A DNA stretch of 64,000 nt, taken from positions 5,394,001 to 5,458,000 of the forward strand of contig NC_135253.1 in assembly GCF_964204865.1 (NCBI RefSeq), in the 5' to 3' direction. The first letter of the stretch is position 1. Every line of letters starts with the position of its first letter. Under the pieces are notes generated by a model, which was not told the DNA's origin, made no database searches, and worked only from the letters and a program-made list of their open reading frames with translations. This document shows, piece after piece, positions 51,201 to 64,000 of this stretch. Position numbers and translations under genes: made by a program. The stretch is from Styela clava (Eukaryota).

Positions 51201-54200
51201 ACTCAGATATTATTTTGAGAAGTCCGAAACTCATAAAAATAGAGATTTTGTATGATATGCGAATTTGTTCAATTGTTTCGTCATAATGAATTATCATTGT
51301 TAACGTAGGACTATTGTGACGTCACAAATGCAAAATAACCTCGGAGACAGATTTTCGAGTTTTTGCATCTCAGATTCCAGCTAAGTGCTTATAAATTTCA
51401 ATTTATACTACAGTATAAGAAGGCGTGCACTTGTGATATTTACTGTCTGAGTCCAATTCACCTTGGTTGGCTTTTATATAAGGGTACATTGCTGTTTTAT
51501 TCTTTATAATTAACTTAGTCTTATTTCGGTGGATGTGCACAGCGTGGTATATTGTTGAAATATATATTTTTAAACATAAAAAATAATGTAATTGAAACAG
51601 ATTAGTTATTTTGGGGATTAGACATCGTATATATCAAGAATTACATTTGTTTGGTTTTCAGGACTGGTACATATAGTCAAGTTGCAAAATTTTGAATAAT
51701 ATATCGAAAGTTTAATTATTAATTAGGTATTATCAGCTGTTATTGGCAATCCGTTCATGCGTTTATATATGCAGTTTGAACTTTTTGCTTTTTCATTTTC
51801 TTGTACCGACAACTTTGAGTGGAAGGGAGTAACTTATATATTACAAATTGTATTAGAATGAAACACAACTAAGTATCCAAAACACTCAGGCATTTGGCGA
51901 TATGCCTATATCAGGATTGTGGAACTCAAACGCACGCGCTAAAATTTCCCAAAAAGTACTTTCAAAAAAAAATTGTTACTGCATTTGTTTTGCCTTGAGC
52001 TATCAAATGAAAACAACTTGAAGGCACTGCAGTGATGAGAAAGAAACGAAAGGTGGGTCACAAATGTAGCATCTTTCAAGAAAATGGGAATCGCAGTTTT
52101 TCTGCATTGATCAATATTCATAAGTACGCGCGGTCAATTTGTTTCAATTCCAGCAATGTGATTACCTAATAGACTTATCACAACAGTCGATCTATTAATT
52201 TCAAGATCAACCTCAATAATGATGAATCAAAAATTGCATGAAGCCTTTTAAGAGCGTAGCTAGCCCTAATTTAAATTTGCTCTGTATTCGGTGTAAGGAT
52301 TATTGATAGCAAGCCAGGAAAAGTCCAATGTTCAGTAAATCATTCAATAATAGAGCATAATGGTATTGGGAAAAATTATGTCTCACTGCAAATGCCGCAA
52401 AATTGCATTTCAAATAAAGAAAATTTTATGGCCCCTCAGGACCCCCCTGGCTGCGCCCATGACGATTTCCGCACAATTCCCGACATGTAATGCGACCTCA
52501 GAGGCCTGCGAGGATTTTGACACGCGTGCCACATATCTTATTATCAGGGCTGGATTAACCATTAGGGATAATAAGCATGCGCTTATGGCATCACGGGGAG
52601 GAGGCACCACAGAAATTTTTCTAGTCAAATCCCCAATGGTGCCTCGATGTGTTATGTAAGATTAGTTTTGAGGATTAAAGCGAAGTCTTTGCTTCATGAG
52701 AAAATTTATGAATATAAATAAAAATGACTGTTAGTTTTGTTTCATTTCAATGGATCATATCTTGTGTGGTTCATTTTGTTTATATTTTGAATGTCCCCTA
52801 TGTCCTATAGGGCACCAAAGTCTTAAATGCTTAGGGTCTCTAGAAGTCATAATTCGGCTCTGCGTGTCATATATATATCTAATCGGTTAATCTAATCGCT
52901 CCCAATGCTAACGTAGGAAGACTGTGAGTCTCATACATGGCAAAAGGTAAGGCCGAAATACAGTATCGAATGCAAGATGAATACTTAAAAAGCTTTCAAG
53001 ATACATCACAGAATTCATTGCCTAATTTGGACTGGTACCTCATGCGTCTTAAATAAGCCATTTGCTTCATTGGTGTTATCAATGTTATATTCGGTATTTA
53101 TTTATGATCTTGAACGTTATACTATCTGTTAATCATAAACAGATCTGTAAACGTGACATCGGCCGTTATTGTGCATTTTTATCATTGATAAGACAACAAA
53201 AGTCAACAGTTTTATTTCAAATTGTACGTTTACGAGTTTGGAAGGTCTGTTTATAAGGAGATTTTATTTGAAGAAGAATGTCCGTGTGTACAATTTATTT
53301 AATAAGGTTAGTTAATAAATGAGTCACAAGTCATTAATAGCAATTTTGACGTTTTCGTTCACCGCGTAGTTCGATTTTCCAGACCGTATATGTTTTATTT
53401 GTGAAGAACAAAAACCTTTCAATAAATGACGGGGCAATAACTATGAATTAATACAAATTTTACTTACCTATATGTCATAGTAGCGTTGAATTGATAATTT
53501 TCCTCAAAATCTAATTCTTTACGATGGACGTACCTCATGAGTGGCGTCGGTTCTTTATTCCAAAATACATACATGTGATTCGGATTTCTTTAAAATCAAT
53601 TAGTTTAATTAACTATGTGATTATTCATTCCATCTTCCAAATTAGAACAGGTATGACACGGTAATCAGTAGTTTATTTTTCACCATACTAAAATTAGGCT
53701 CAAGACATACAAATTGCAATAAATTATAAACAGTTTTCATATGCTAGAATCAGCGGTTTCCGAACTATGGGTCGCGACCAACTGGTGGGTCGCAGAAGGA
53801 ATCTTAGTGGGTCGTGGAAAGATGTAGAAAGCTTTGAATAATTATACTGTTTATTAGGATCGGTGACAACTCGAATACGTAAATCTTCAAAAAAAAAATT
53901 AAATTGAATTTAAATTCTAATCTGTGAAAGTTTCCTTTTTACGATCTACTCAAAGGAAGAAAAATTTGCTACACAAAGAAATGAATAAATGACCATGTGG
54001 CTTTTCACGCATAGCAGTTTTGTACACTGTACAGCACTTCTTACCGTGTTTCCCCGAAATTTAGACAGGATTTAGATTTATTTTCTTTTGAAGAATAACC
54101 CTATGATAAAATTACATGGTAGAAAATCACAAGGTTTTTTAATAAACATTATATAAAAACCGACATCCATTGTTTTAATTGTATTTCCTATACGAAAATC

Positions 54201-57200
54201 AAGTGACAAATATCATATTTGTGATTGTGACTTCACACAATCTTGAATAGTGGTGCGATCCTCCCCTCAGTTCATTGAACCTTTCCTCTCCCACACGTTT
54301 TAAATTTATTTTAAGCGTAGGGTTTAATTAAAATCATTTTTAAACTTCAAATTAGGTACTATTTCCAGGCCAGGTCTTATTTTCGAGGAAACACGGTAGT
54401 TTTTGCGATGATGTTATGTCATAAAAAGTTTTAAAGTACGAAAAATCGCATAGTGCAGTAGGTAATAGTTCCCAAGATTGTTTTTATTCAGTGCGTACTA
54501 AAGCTTGGTTATAGGCGACCCAGTTGTGTTTTACGTGAGTTGATTTGTTTTTTGAATAAAACATAAAAAATGGATATTTGTTTACTGGTAATAGTTATTC
54601 AAATTTTGGCACCCCTGCATCTTATGTACATCTGTAGTTTAATATACAAGGAATATTGATTTCAATGTTGTATACCTTTCTGAAATCGGTGGCATGGTGC
54701 TGACTGATATATCTTTATAGTAGAATACTAACGCAGCTGTTGCGTTGTTTGATATCTGAATGCAGAAAATTACTGAATTTGAATATAATTAAAATTGTAA
54801 TAAAGATATAACGTAATCTTTAAATTCAAAAATTTTGTCTTACTCAATGAGAAACTTGAATACACAATCAAATATTACACGCCATGCCACCGGACAAAAA
54901 ATGCGACCTAAAAAACTAATTGAGCCACTTGTCTCACCATTGTCCGGTTCCGCGTGAATTCGCAATTTCCACATTCATCTCTGTTAACTTGTGGTTGACC
55001 ACCCCCTATTCCAGTCTTGTACCAAACTATTATAACCTGTCAAAAGTTGTAAGGTCGGTATTTTGTAGTAGTGTACCAATCATAGCTGTTTAAGTTGAAG
55101 ACAACATCACAACGTTTGTGTTGGTATCATTTCATCAATTTTTACTGGTAAAACGCCAGCACAAGTGATTATTTAATGGATTGGAATATTCTTTAGCATG
55201 TAAAATTATGTTATTGAATAATGCACACATTTTTATTTGTGTTCATTGTAATGCGTACATCTATGGATTATCATTATGGTACGATTTCGTATCCGACGAA
55301 ACTACTTCAATTTCGAGGAATAAATGGAAATTTGAAGATTTGGGCGTACTACATGGTATCGAATTATCTGAATGCTTATTGTTGAAGCAATTTGAATGAA
55401 GCGTGATGTTTATTTAACGCGTTTTGCATGGATGAAGTTCCGTTGAATAAATTTCCATCTTTATTTCTATCGTGAAGATGCTATGGGTAATATCAATTTC
55501 TGATTTATGATCATACATGAGTGCGAGACAAACTTGAATAAAACATTTCGAATTTTGCTCTCAATGCTTGACAATTCTGAAGAAAATGATCAAACGGGCA
55601 TTAATAACTAATCTTTCTCACAACACAAGAACAGTTTTTCGTAACCTTCGTGGTGTACATGTGCTGACATCGAATTCTTGGAACGAGCTTTAAGTGTTGA
55701 TTTAATTGGATAATAATGACATCACATGACCATGGTATCGCACCAATAGATAAGCCGTTCAACAAAGCAGTATTGGGGAGCTACAGAACTATACAATTCC
55801 TATCATCGGCCTGTGAATACATCTATGAATAACACACACTTAAACGATATGTATCAAGGACAAAACTAAAACCTGTTTAGTGTTTGGTGCTCTCTATTGG
55901 CCGAAGATGGCTATAATCAAAAAGCATCGTTGTTCAAGCCGACGCATTCATATTTTTTATTGGATAGGCCTAATAATTCTTTGAATAGCTTGGTTATGCG
56001 CGGTTGATTCACAACAGGTAAGCGACGAATAGTTGCAAAGGAATATGGACGTTAGGTACTCACTCAAATATTTGCCTAACTCGTAAATTTTCTTCTTGCC
56101 ATAAACTAGAGTTTTTAAATATATTTATCACCGTTTCATTTTTTACGAGTTCCATTTTGAAATTTTGAATGAATCTTTCGAGCCTATTCTTAAAGGATTT
56201 AGTTAAAATAAATTCATAAAGTAAGTGAAATTGTAATTCATGTACAAGTCTATTTGGCGTTTATGTTCTCGTTCAGTTTTACCATTTTTGTGCAAAGTAT
56301 TTTGAATGGTTATATATTATAGATATTGAAATACAATATTCTAACAAATACGGCGAATTTGGATAAATCTCACTGCGACTCAAATGATATTGAGCGTTCC
56401 ACTTAAACTGACCTTTTTATTACTGGACTCCTCCAATTTTTTTAATGCCGTTTTTTCAAGTGCATCGTAGTCTAATTTGTTTGCCGGCGTGGTTGTGTGA
56501 TGATTCTCTGTAAATTTAACCGTACTAAATTGTAAGTCCGTAGTTGAGTTGATACTTTCACTGAATTCTGTGCTGCTTTTTCCTCTGATTCGGATCTAAA
56601 ATATTACATAAACGACTATTATTTTTTGTTTACCTCATGTTATTTTAAGAATAGAACAGCAATTTGTTGTTATTATTGGTGTGCATGACTACATGCCAAA
56701 CACATTTGAAACAAGAGCAGAGGTGGAAAAATACAAAAAGGGGAATCAGAATCAAGCTGAAATACCGAAATATGACTCCACAAAAGTAGTCAACTTGAGT
56801 TCATTAATTACAATTTTGTTGCTTCATTTATCCTTTTTGGGGTTGTGCTTTAACGAAATGTGATTAAAGAACACTTGATCTAGCCTGGTAAATGACAAAA
56901 TATTCCAACTAAAATAGACCAGCTGGAAATCCAGGAGGAAGTCGAGCATGAGTCGTGTAATAACAGAAGACAAATTACTGGTATTGGAAGCGGCTCGATC
57001 ATGTGCGTTAGAGCTTGGCGCAACCAACAATCGGTCCGTTTGCAGGCTTGGTCGGTGGAATTGTTTGGAACAAAATATATCATGTAATGAGTGGCTTTAA
57101 AGCCAATAATGATAAAACTTCGCCAGCCATCGATATTGAAGACGAAAGTGGGTCAAGTGTATAAGCTGTACATTTACCAACAAATTTTATACACATAACT

Positions 57201-58062
57201 CATAATAGTACAACTTATTTAATATTATAACAATAATACTTGCGTATATTAAGCCTTATAAACTTCTTGTATATAATAGATAGATTTTTAAACAATTTTA
57301 CTTATATTGAGACAGTACAAAATGCAAGATTTGCGCGATGAGGATGCTGATCTATATGAGGCATTCAATGCAACATCATTTTCTGAATAACCGTAATATT
57401 ATATGCAATTTGTTCACGGTTAACGGTCAACCATTTTAGTTACTATTTTTTTTTACAAATTTTTATTTTTCACGTTGGGAATATAAAATCAACCAAATAA
57501 TCCAGAAAATAAATAAATTGCTTTCATTCCTAAAAATATGTTAAATAATTGAATATATGTCTATAGCAAGTTGAAAACAATCAGAACTTGTGCCTGGATT
57601 GGTGCTTATATCGGACAAGTTCGCATTGATTTCAGATCAGTACAAGGCAAAGCGTCCGAAAGTGCCTTTTCCTATAATAACTATATGCGTGTCTTTCATA
57701 TATGATACGATCAGTCAAATTTTTTGTTCACAAAACGCAGTTGATTTATTTTTTGAATAGAGTATAAAAAGAAATGGAAATTTGTTTACTAATATTAATT
57801 ATTAAAAAAAACGACAGTATGTCGCAAATTTTAAAGAATAGGGAGTGTCGTCTTGTGTCCATAATAGCAATCAAGAAATTACGTATTCATTTATTCTTAC
57901 ATTTGCAATCTTTTCCGAAGCTTTGTCATAGTATTTCCATACTAACTGGTATTTTCCAAATGGGTTCAACAAGAACACAAAAATCGAAAATAATGTTCCG
58001 ACAGCAAGCAACAGAACAACCCTTTGTAATTGTTTATTCGATGTACCATTAACAAGAGTCAT
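48271..58062 (-). CDS. Alpha-1,3-fucosyltransferase (GT10), type II Golgi membrane protein, 7 coding exons
   Basis: Phase-consistent exons 57901-58062 (TM VVLLLAVGTLFSIFVFLL), 56413-56595 (S/T stem), 54938-55036 (VIIVW..CGNCEFTRNR), 54676-54755, 53468-53587 (YVFWNKEP..FNATMTYR), 49091-49609 (RDSDF..YKFYFAFENSYHCTDYITEKFFRNAL..GAVPVVMG) and 48271-48544 (FCQLC). Paralog identity is not assignable. Confidence 0.93.
50290..50927. mobile_element. Tc1/mariner-derived foldback element
   Basis: TA TSD at 50288-9 and 50928-9; termini CAGGGTGT../..ACACCCTG; ~250-bp inverted arms; transposase N-terminal HTH remnant (KIAVWQEAYKSVRQTQRLFNRE..IRRTIYAMHRQFMKTGSVVD). Confidence 0.88.
52545..52862. mobile_element. 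hAT-like MITE (degenerate)
   Basis: Ends CAGGGCTGGATTA / TAATTCGGCTCTG; TSD not conserved. Confidence 0.5.
53751..54617. mobile_element. Charlie-like MITE interrupted by a Tc1/pogo MITE
   Basis: Ends CAGCGGTTTCCGAAC / TTTTGGCACCCCTG; GGGTCGC subterminal repeats. Confidence 0.5.
54044..54396. mobile_element. Tc1/mariner (pogo-like) MITE
   Basis: 23-bp TIRs CCGTGTTTCC(C/T)CGAAA..AGAC with TA TSD at 54042-3 and 54397-8. Confidence 0.85.
56690..56960 (+). mobile_element. Possible Penelope-like retroelement ORF remnant
   Basis: KVVNLSS..LSFLGLCF followed by IPTKIDQLEIQEEVE resembles the VVNLS..LxKGLxF.P motif upstream of Penelope RT; degraded. Confidence 0.35.
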
Positions 58063-59616
58063 GATGACTATATCAGCAATACCCCAAAAACGTCAACCGA
58101 CATCTTCATTGGCTGTTCAAACTTTGAATTGCTATGATCATAACCTATTGCTAACTAAAATTATTACGTGCAAATTAGATGTACGAAACTATGGGCATAA
58201 CATTTTCATATTTCTTTGGAAAATAATATTTCAAGTGATCAAGTATGTAAAGAGGATTGAACGTACAAATTTCCCATACTCCTATCAGTATAATACAGAT
58301 ATATGAGAAGGCTTATAGTATTATTGATACCTATATTTAACGCCATCTCCCAATGATATTATATGCCTTGTTGCCCGGTAACAGGAATATTCATAAACCA
58401 CACGGGAGATTCTGAAGAAGCGAAATAAGTATAGCAGCGAAATAGTATTCAAAGAGGCATATATTATTAGAATTGTGGCTTGTAATTTGTCTCAAATGTT
58501 TGAAACCGTTTCATTTTGGCTGAGAGATGGATAGTTTGCTTGTCGAAATCTCACTTCGATATATGTCGCAAATTGCTAGTACGAAATATTACTTTATACT
58601 AAATCCTGCAATGCATATACAATAGTATGTTATTTAACAGCAACAAGTTGCCAGTGATTGAGACTATATAAAAAAGATCCCTGAATAGTATGTTTTATTG
58701 TAATCAATCACAGCAATTTAATTTGAATTGAAGTATTCTCCTGAGTCGAGGTACTGCAACATCAGCACGGTAAATTGAAAACACGAATTTCTAATCAATT
58801 AAATTAGTCTAGACTAGAGTAGACTATACCCGTTTACAACTTACAATCGCTCAAGGGTCCTGCTTTTACTTCAGTGTTTTTACGTTTGATAATGAATAAT
58901 TTATGTGAAATAGACGAATACGGCACTAAGAAGTCCGAGATCACCAGGGATTATAATAGTCTCGAATGTGTGAAATTGTGCTTCAAACATTGAGGAAAAA
59001 TCTGGATCGTCCCGATAGGCGGCTGACTATGTTGTAACACGTAATGTATACCTAACACAGCAAACCACGGTGTTTCTCGCTATCATTTTGTATTATCTGG
59101 CATTTCACATTGCAATATCAGCTACTGCCTGTGGGCTTAGTTGACTTTAATTAGGGTTGATTTGACACATTTATGTGAACTGGATTACGATACTACGTGA
59201 AAATCTACACTTTTCGATTTGCTCAGAGTATAAATATAAAGAGGATCAGTACATAATTTGAATGAAAATTGCTAAAATCGTCGAAAACAGCTGCAATTGT
59301 TTGCTATACATATCTTGTCTCGTCGTCAGTATTCCTAAATATATCAGAAACAAAATATAGCAAATTCTGCTAAATACAACAATATCGCCGGATTAATTTG
59401 TGCTCTCTATCTTTTCAGCAATTTCAATACAACTTTTTCTCTCTTGTCTGACTAATAAAACTACTACAGCCTAAATGGCAGTACATTTTTGTAAGCGTGT
59501 TGATAATATTTACTCACATTTACATAGTAAACCTGCGCCAACGGCTAACAGAAATATGATACATTCCGTCTTCGTTCCAGTTTGTGAAAACTGGCCTGAC
59601 CAGCATACCTCGACAC

Positions 59617-59893
59617 CAATGTTCCCTCTAATTTTTTGTAGTATGTGTGCGCAGAAATTTTGGTGTGTGTGCTTTTTTTTTGGAAATGACTAATATTTGT
59701 GCAAAAACCAATGAAGAAATTTTGGCGTTCTGACCGGGTAATAAGTGGGCCAACAACAAACTTTCTCAACCTGCCAACCGAACACATTGTTACATTACAT
59801 CGAAATACGTCTGTACGCAGTAAATCTATGCGTGTGCGCAGCCTCTGAAAGCTGTGTGCGCGCGCACACGCGCACACCTTAGAGGGAACACTG
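59617..59893. mobile_element. hAT MITE
   Basis: TIR CA(A/G)TGTTCCCTCTAA matching 14/15; exact 8-bp TSD CTCGACAC at 59609-59616 and 59894-59901; a terminal scrap of the same family lies at ~39048-39080. Confidence 0.92.
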
Positions 59894-60815
59894 CTCGACA
59901 CTCACATACCATTGTCTGCTGACACAATGCCATCGCCGCTAAAACAGAGTTACTATATATTCTGAATACAGCGGATTCAACAGGTGACCTCGGAATACAA
60001 AAAACAATTCGACGTCTACCAGTGACAGCAAGCCCTTGTAGCATTCAATACCGCATACTCACAAGTATGTATAAGCACACTCCTAGACATCTTAACCTAA
60101 TTCAAGCCTTTACCAACATGGTTGGATATAACTAGCTCAATGAGTTCTGGCGAGCTTCCGAGTGAACTGAAATTAAAGGCAACGTAAGTAATACATCGCT
60201 TCAAGAAACAGGAAATATATATTCACTGACATAATTCTGCGAGCCCGAGACAATAATAGCGTATAGGTAGTAGCAAGCAATTACGTAACTCAGCGATTCC
60301 CAAAGGGTGAATTGACAGCATCGACAATTGCTTGCTTCAACTGATTTTGTACAGGGGTTGCAATTATTGATAATGTGGTGAGCTGTAGTCGGAACGGCGT
60401 TCGGGTTGTTGGACATCTCATTGCATTTGCGTTTCTGTTCCTGTTGATTACGTTACGTTCCAATTAATTTACGTTTTGTTACATCATACTTCGTAATTAT
60501 TTTTACATCCCATCACGTAAATAATTAGTACAGCAGTAACGTGTAATCACTGAACTGGAAATACATGGAACAATCTTATCTATCGTTTTGCGTTGTCGCA
60601 GCGCGGGACAATTTGATCGCCGCCATTTAGGCGTTTATGCTTCCAAAGTTTCTTCGTGTTGCAGTTTTCTTCGTTTGGCCTGTTTTTCGTCTATTTTACT
60701 ACCCAGTGCGCCACATATGGATCTATATGCGACTTTCTGTGGGTATTCAAAAACAATTATACTCGAGTTGGGAATTTGAAAAAATTTGGTTGCTCAGGCG
60801 ATTATACAATAGCTT

Positions 60816-63160
60816 AGGGTTACCAGACAGTCCGGAATTTAGGGTTAAATTTTGCGTCCGGGAAAAATTTAAAAAATGCTTGAATGCCCGGAATCCGGAA
60901 TTTTACTGCATCTGCAATCGTACTGTGCACACTGCTAATAAAGAACATTGTTAGTTCGTACCGTGCGCATATTTTTTACTACGAGGTCATGAACTGTCCG
61001 GAATTTTGTTTTTTCAAGTGGAAACAATTGTTTTTGCCTTATACCACGGCGAAGATTTCCTCGGTAGAGGGCGAAGCGCAGTTTATTTGGTACTCTCGTA
61101 GACTGTGTACCAGATTGGAGTTATGCCTAGGCTTACCATACGTCCCGCTTTAGGCGGGACAGTCCCGCTTTTTAGCGGCTTGTCCCGCGTCCCGACAAAC
61201 GACAAGTCCCGCTTTGGCGTTCAGGCATCCAGCATCAGTGGCGTAGCATCCACCCCCGCAACCCCCGCGGTCGCGGGAGGGCCTACAGCTCAAAGGGGCC
61301 CAAGCGGTTGAATTTTAGAAATTTAAGCCGCAAAACCAAAAGCTGTATTGCAAAACCAGTAATGCACATCTTATAATGTTGATGTTAGTTCTGCTCAAAT
61401 CGTTTTGTCATGTAACAATGCTAGGCAGTCGTCAACTTTCGGCGTCCTGTGGTTTGATCGTAAATATGGTTTGATCGCACCGCAAAATTAGGAAGGTTGT
61501 CAGAATGATGTCGAAAGCAAAACCTCTCAGTGGCGCACAGAAACGCAGAAGAGGAAGCACGTATGGAAAAAATTGAAGTAACCAAGATAAACGGCAAATT
61601 TTAGGTGACCATTGCTATCTAATAGCGACATGTTATGCTTTTTGACGAAATAAAAAAGCGTTGTTTTAGATTATGTCCAAAAGTTTTTAGAATCATTTCC
61701 ACGAAATATTTTTGCGGGGGGACACTTAGTGGACATAACGATCGTTTCAAAATTTTGTCGTTATTGTTATTTTCATTATTTGTCTCCATCATTTTAAAAA
61801 AAAATCGCTTTTCTCTTCGAATACTCGACCAATTGCTTTGAAATTTTCATTGAGTAAAGATTGATTTTTTGCCAGAAGGCTATTACTTTTATTTATTTCT
61901 AAATTTCGCATGAAATCTGATATTTCGTCTAAAATTTCGCTGTATTATTTTATGCACGGGAACACTGGCTGTCCGGTTTAATTCTGTAAATTATTTCGAC
62001 GCGAAACTAGGGAATTTTTTGTGGGTACCGGTGGCGTCAAAGGTAAATACTGCTTCGCTCTGGTTAACGTGTCCATATATTTGAGCACAGCTCTCTTGTT
62101 ACTCATCAATTTTAATCGGTATATATATATATATATATTACTTATCGATTTTAATCGGTAAGTATGTTGATAGGTATACTTACTGAGGGTGAATGCGTTA
62201 TTACTTATCGATTTTAATCGGTAATCACTTATCGATTTTAATCGGTAAGTATGTTGATAGGTATTTGTCTGTATGTCTGCCTGTTAGATGCACGCGATAT
62301 CTGACGAAAGCAAGATTGAATCTGCTCCAGATTTTGCATGTGCATTCATCATAAGTCGGACCAGAAGCCTATTGATTTTGGATGAATTATGTCGTATAAT
62401 TAGCGAGTTAATAATTAATTAGTGATGGGGCACAAGGTGTCTCTATGGAGTAAGAGCGCTGTTTTGGGGATCCCCTAACTTTTGATCGATAAGTCTTCGG
62501 TCTCTGACCGATATTCTCGTTTTGTTTTTTCGTTGTTCCCCGCTAACATTGTTAGCGAACGTATATCACATGTAAAAAATCAATTCTAATCGGTCCTGAT
62601 CGGACGTTCACGTGAATGTAACATTGAACAACGTCTTTTTGAAGGTGGTATCTACAGAAAAGCATGCTTGGGCCAATAAACAGAACAGAAGTAAATTTTC
62701 AATGCTTGAAAACGGCAGACTATTTTAATATTCTTTATTCATTTTACTGAACATAAAAAACTAAATTCGGATCATTTGTATCGTTAGCGTCTTTCCTTTC
62801 TATTTTTCGATCTGAACCGTATATTTAGACGAATAATATGCACATGAATGGTCTATGACAATATGGTCAATGAAGGCAGTTGGGATGGCTTTAAATCAGG
62901 AGTGGGCAACCTTATGCCGCTCGCGGGCCAAAATTAAAGGTTGCAAGTCATTGGTGGGTCGCACATATGGTATTTCTAGAAAGTTGAAAAATACCATTTG
63001 TATTGAATTGCTATCGATATTATTGCAATTTCACACAGACATAATTCAGAATATTTTTTCATATTTCATTGCAGTACTTCGGCACTATATTGGGACAGAC
63101 AAAAATTTCTGTTAACGTCCGCGTCGTGTTGTAAATATATTATATTTTTGCGAATTAGGT
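60816..63160. mobile_element. Nested cluster of hAT-type fragments
   Basis: TAGGGTTACCAGAC end with TCCGGAATTT repeats (60816); family A 5' end (61128-61220); CAGTGGCGTAGC end (61236) followed by MMSKAKPLSGAQKRR (61505), similar to hAT transposase N-termini; Charlie-like CAGGAGTGGGCAACC (62897). Confidence 0.65.
62099..62520 (+). mobile_element. Helentron-associated (HINE/DINE-1-like) element with reiterated 5' end
   Basis: Sub-terminal inverted repeat CTTATCGAT / ATCGATAAG; GTCTGTATGTCTG microsatellite-like core; 3' stem-loop TCGGTC-TCT-GACCGA (62497-62511) followed by a T-run; four copies of the 5' motif. Confidence 0.7.
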
Positions 63161-64000
63161 GCGTTCCGGTTGTTAAGATTTTTCCAGCTCACCACTGTTT
63201 GCAATTATGACTTACAGAACGGGTGGAACTTGGTAGGCTTTAAATCATGTTGGAGAATGATAGGGGTCCTAATTGTAATTATTAAGCGAGTAAACTTCAT
63301 CTATATTTTACTATTAACGCTGAATGGGTATCCTCCAAAATATATTTTTGTTTTCCCATGTATCAAGCGTCTAAAATCGTCTAATGGAGCTACCCCTAAT
63401 TGGATTCCAGTTCTATCGCAAGTATTCCGCCACCAGATGTTAGAGTTAATTTGCCCATTTTCGTATCAACCATTCTCTTTATTGGAATCTTATCATATAC
63501 AATAGGTTAGCAACACACTCCTTGTGCACATGCCTAACATCCAAGCCTTCTCTCCTTTTGGAATCTTAACATCTTCATACTGCTTGTAGCTGGTGGTCCG
63601 GGGCTACTTGGGGTCTAAAGTGGTGACGTAATTTTTGGATGACGCAGTCAGTTGGGGGTCAGAAATGTTTACAAAAATATTTATGCCACGCTTTATTATT
63701 TGATTGGAATTTTCGATTCAAAATGGCCAACCTAGTGATTTTCCTTCGGACCGCACCGTTTAGCGCTGTTTCTATAACGTCTTCCATGTCCTGTCTGTCC
63801 CCATAGTTTTATACCCAGTCTACACCAACCCTATTTTTATCGATGTTTCTCAGGATTGCCCTGTTGTTAAGCCATGTTTAAGCCTGAACGCCCATATATA
63901 TATATATATATTTATATATACATCCGATAGAATAGATTTTAAAAACGCAAAATACAAGTTACTGGATCTCCGCTCTAGGTTTCCCTTATTCTCGGTCGTT

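Noticed and set aside
60201-60416. 71-aa Cys-containing ORF
   Set aside because: No recognisable domain, signal peptide or supporting exons.
63170-63600. Coding-like stretch, possibly a degraded reverse transcriptase
   Set aside because: Multiple stops and no diagnostic motif; would need tBLASTx.

Overview
AT-rich, intron-containing eukaryotic DNA. The compact gene spacing and animal-type proteins suggest a marine invertebrate chordate such as an ascidian; this is inference, not proven. Exons spliced by hand at GT-AG sites give seven host genes: DCAF5/WDR22 (+), TTC27 (-), an unnamed coiled-coil gene (+), TIMM10 (-), TRMT5 (-), an intronless NUP37 (-) and a 7-exon GT10 alpha-1,3-fucosyltransferase (-). 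Introns and intergenic DNA carry many, often nested, DNA transposons: hAT MITEs with 8-bp target-site duplications (TSDs), Tc1/mariner MITEs with TA TSDs, two MITE families with 6-bp TSDs, a Helentron-type element, a tRNA-derived SINE and a Penelope-like scrap. Highlights: (1) a 5.7-kb P-element-type transposon with perfect 22-bp terminal inverted repeats (TIRs) and an 8-bp TSD, which splits a hAT MITE and carries a decayed transposase plus a second, convergent spliced gene; (2) a tight co-oriented NUP37-TRMT5-(C/D snoRNA candidate)-TIMM10 cluster with a splice acceptor at the TRMT5 start, compatible with an operon or a nested retrogene; (3) a 24-bp P-like excision footprint; (4) a foldback mariner built from two 5' ends. 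No prokaryotic features such as CRISPR arrays are present. Internal exon boundaries were read by eye and may be off by a few bases.
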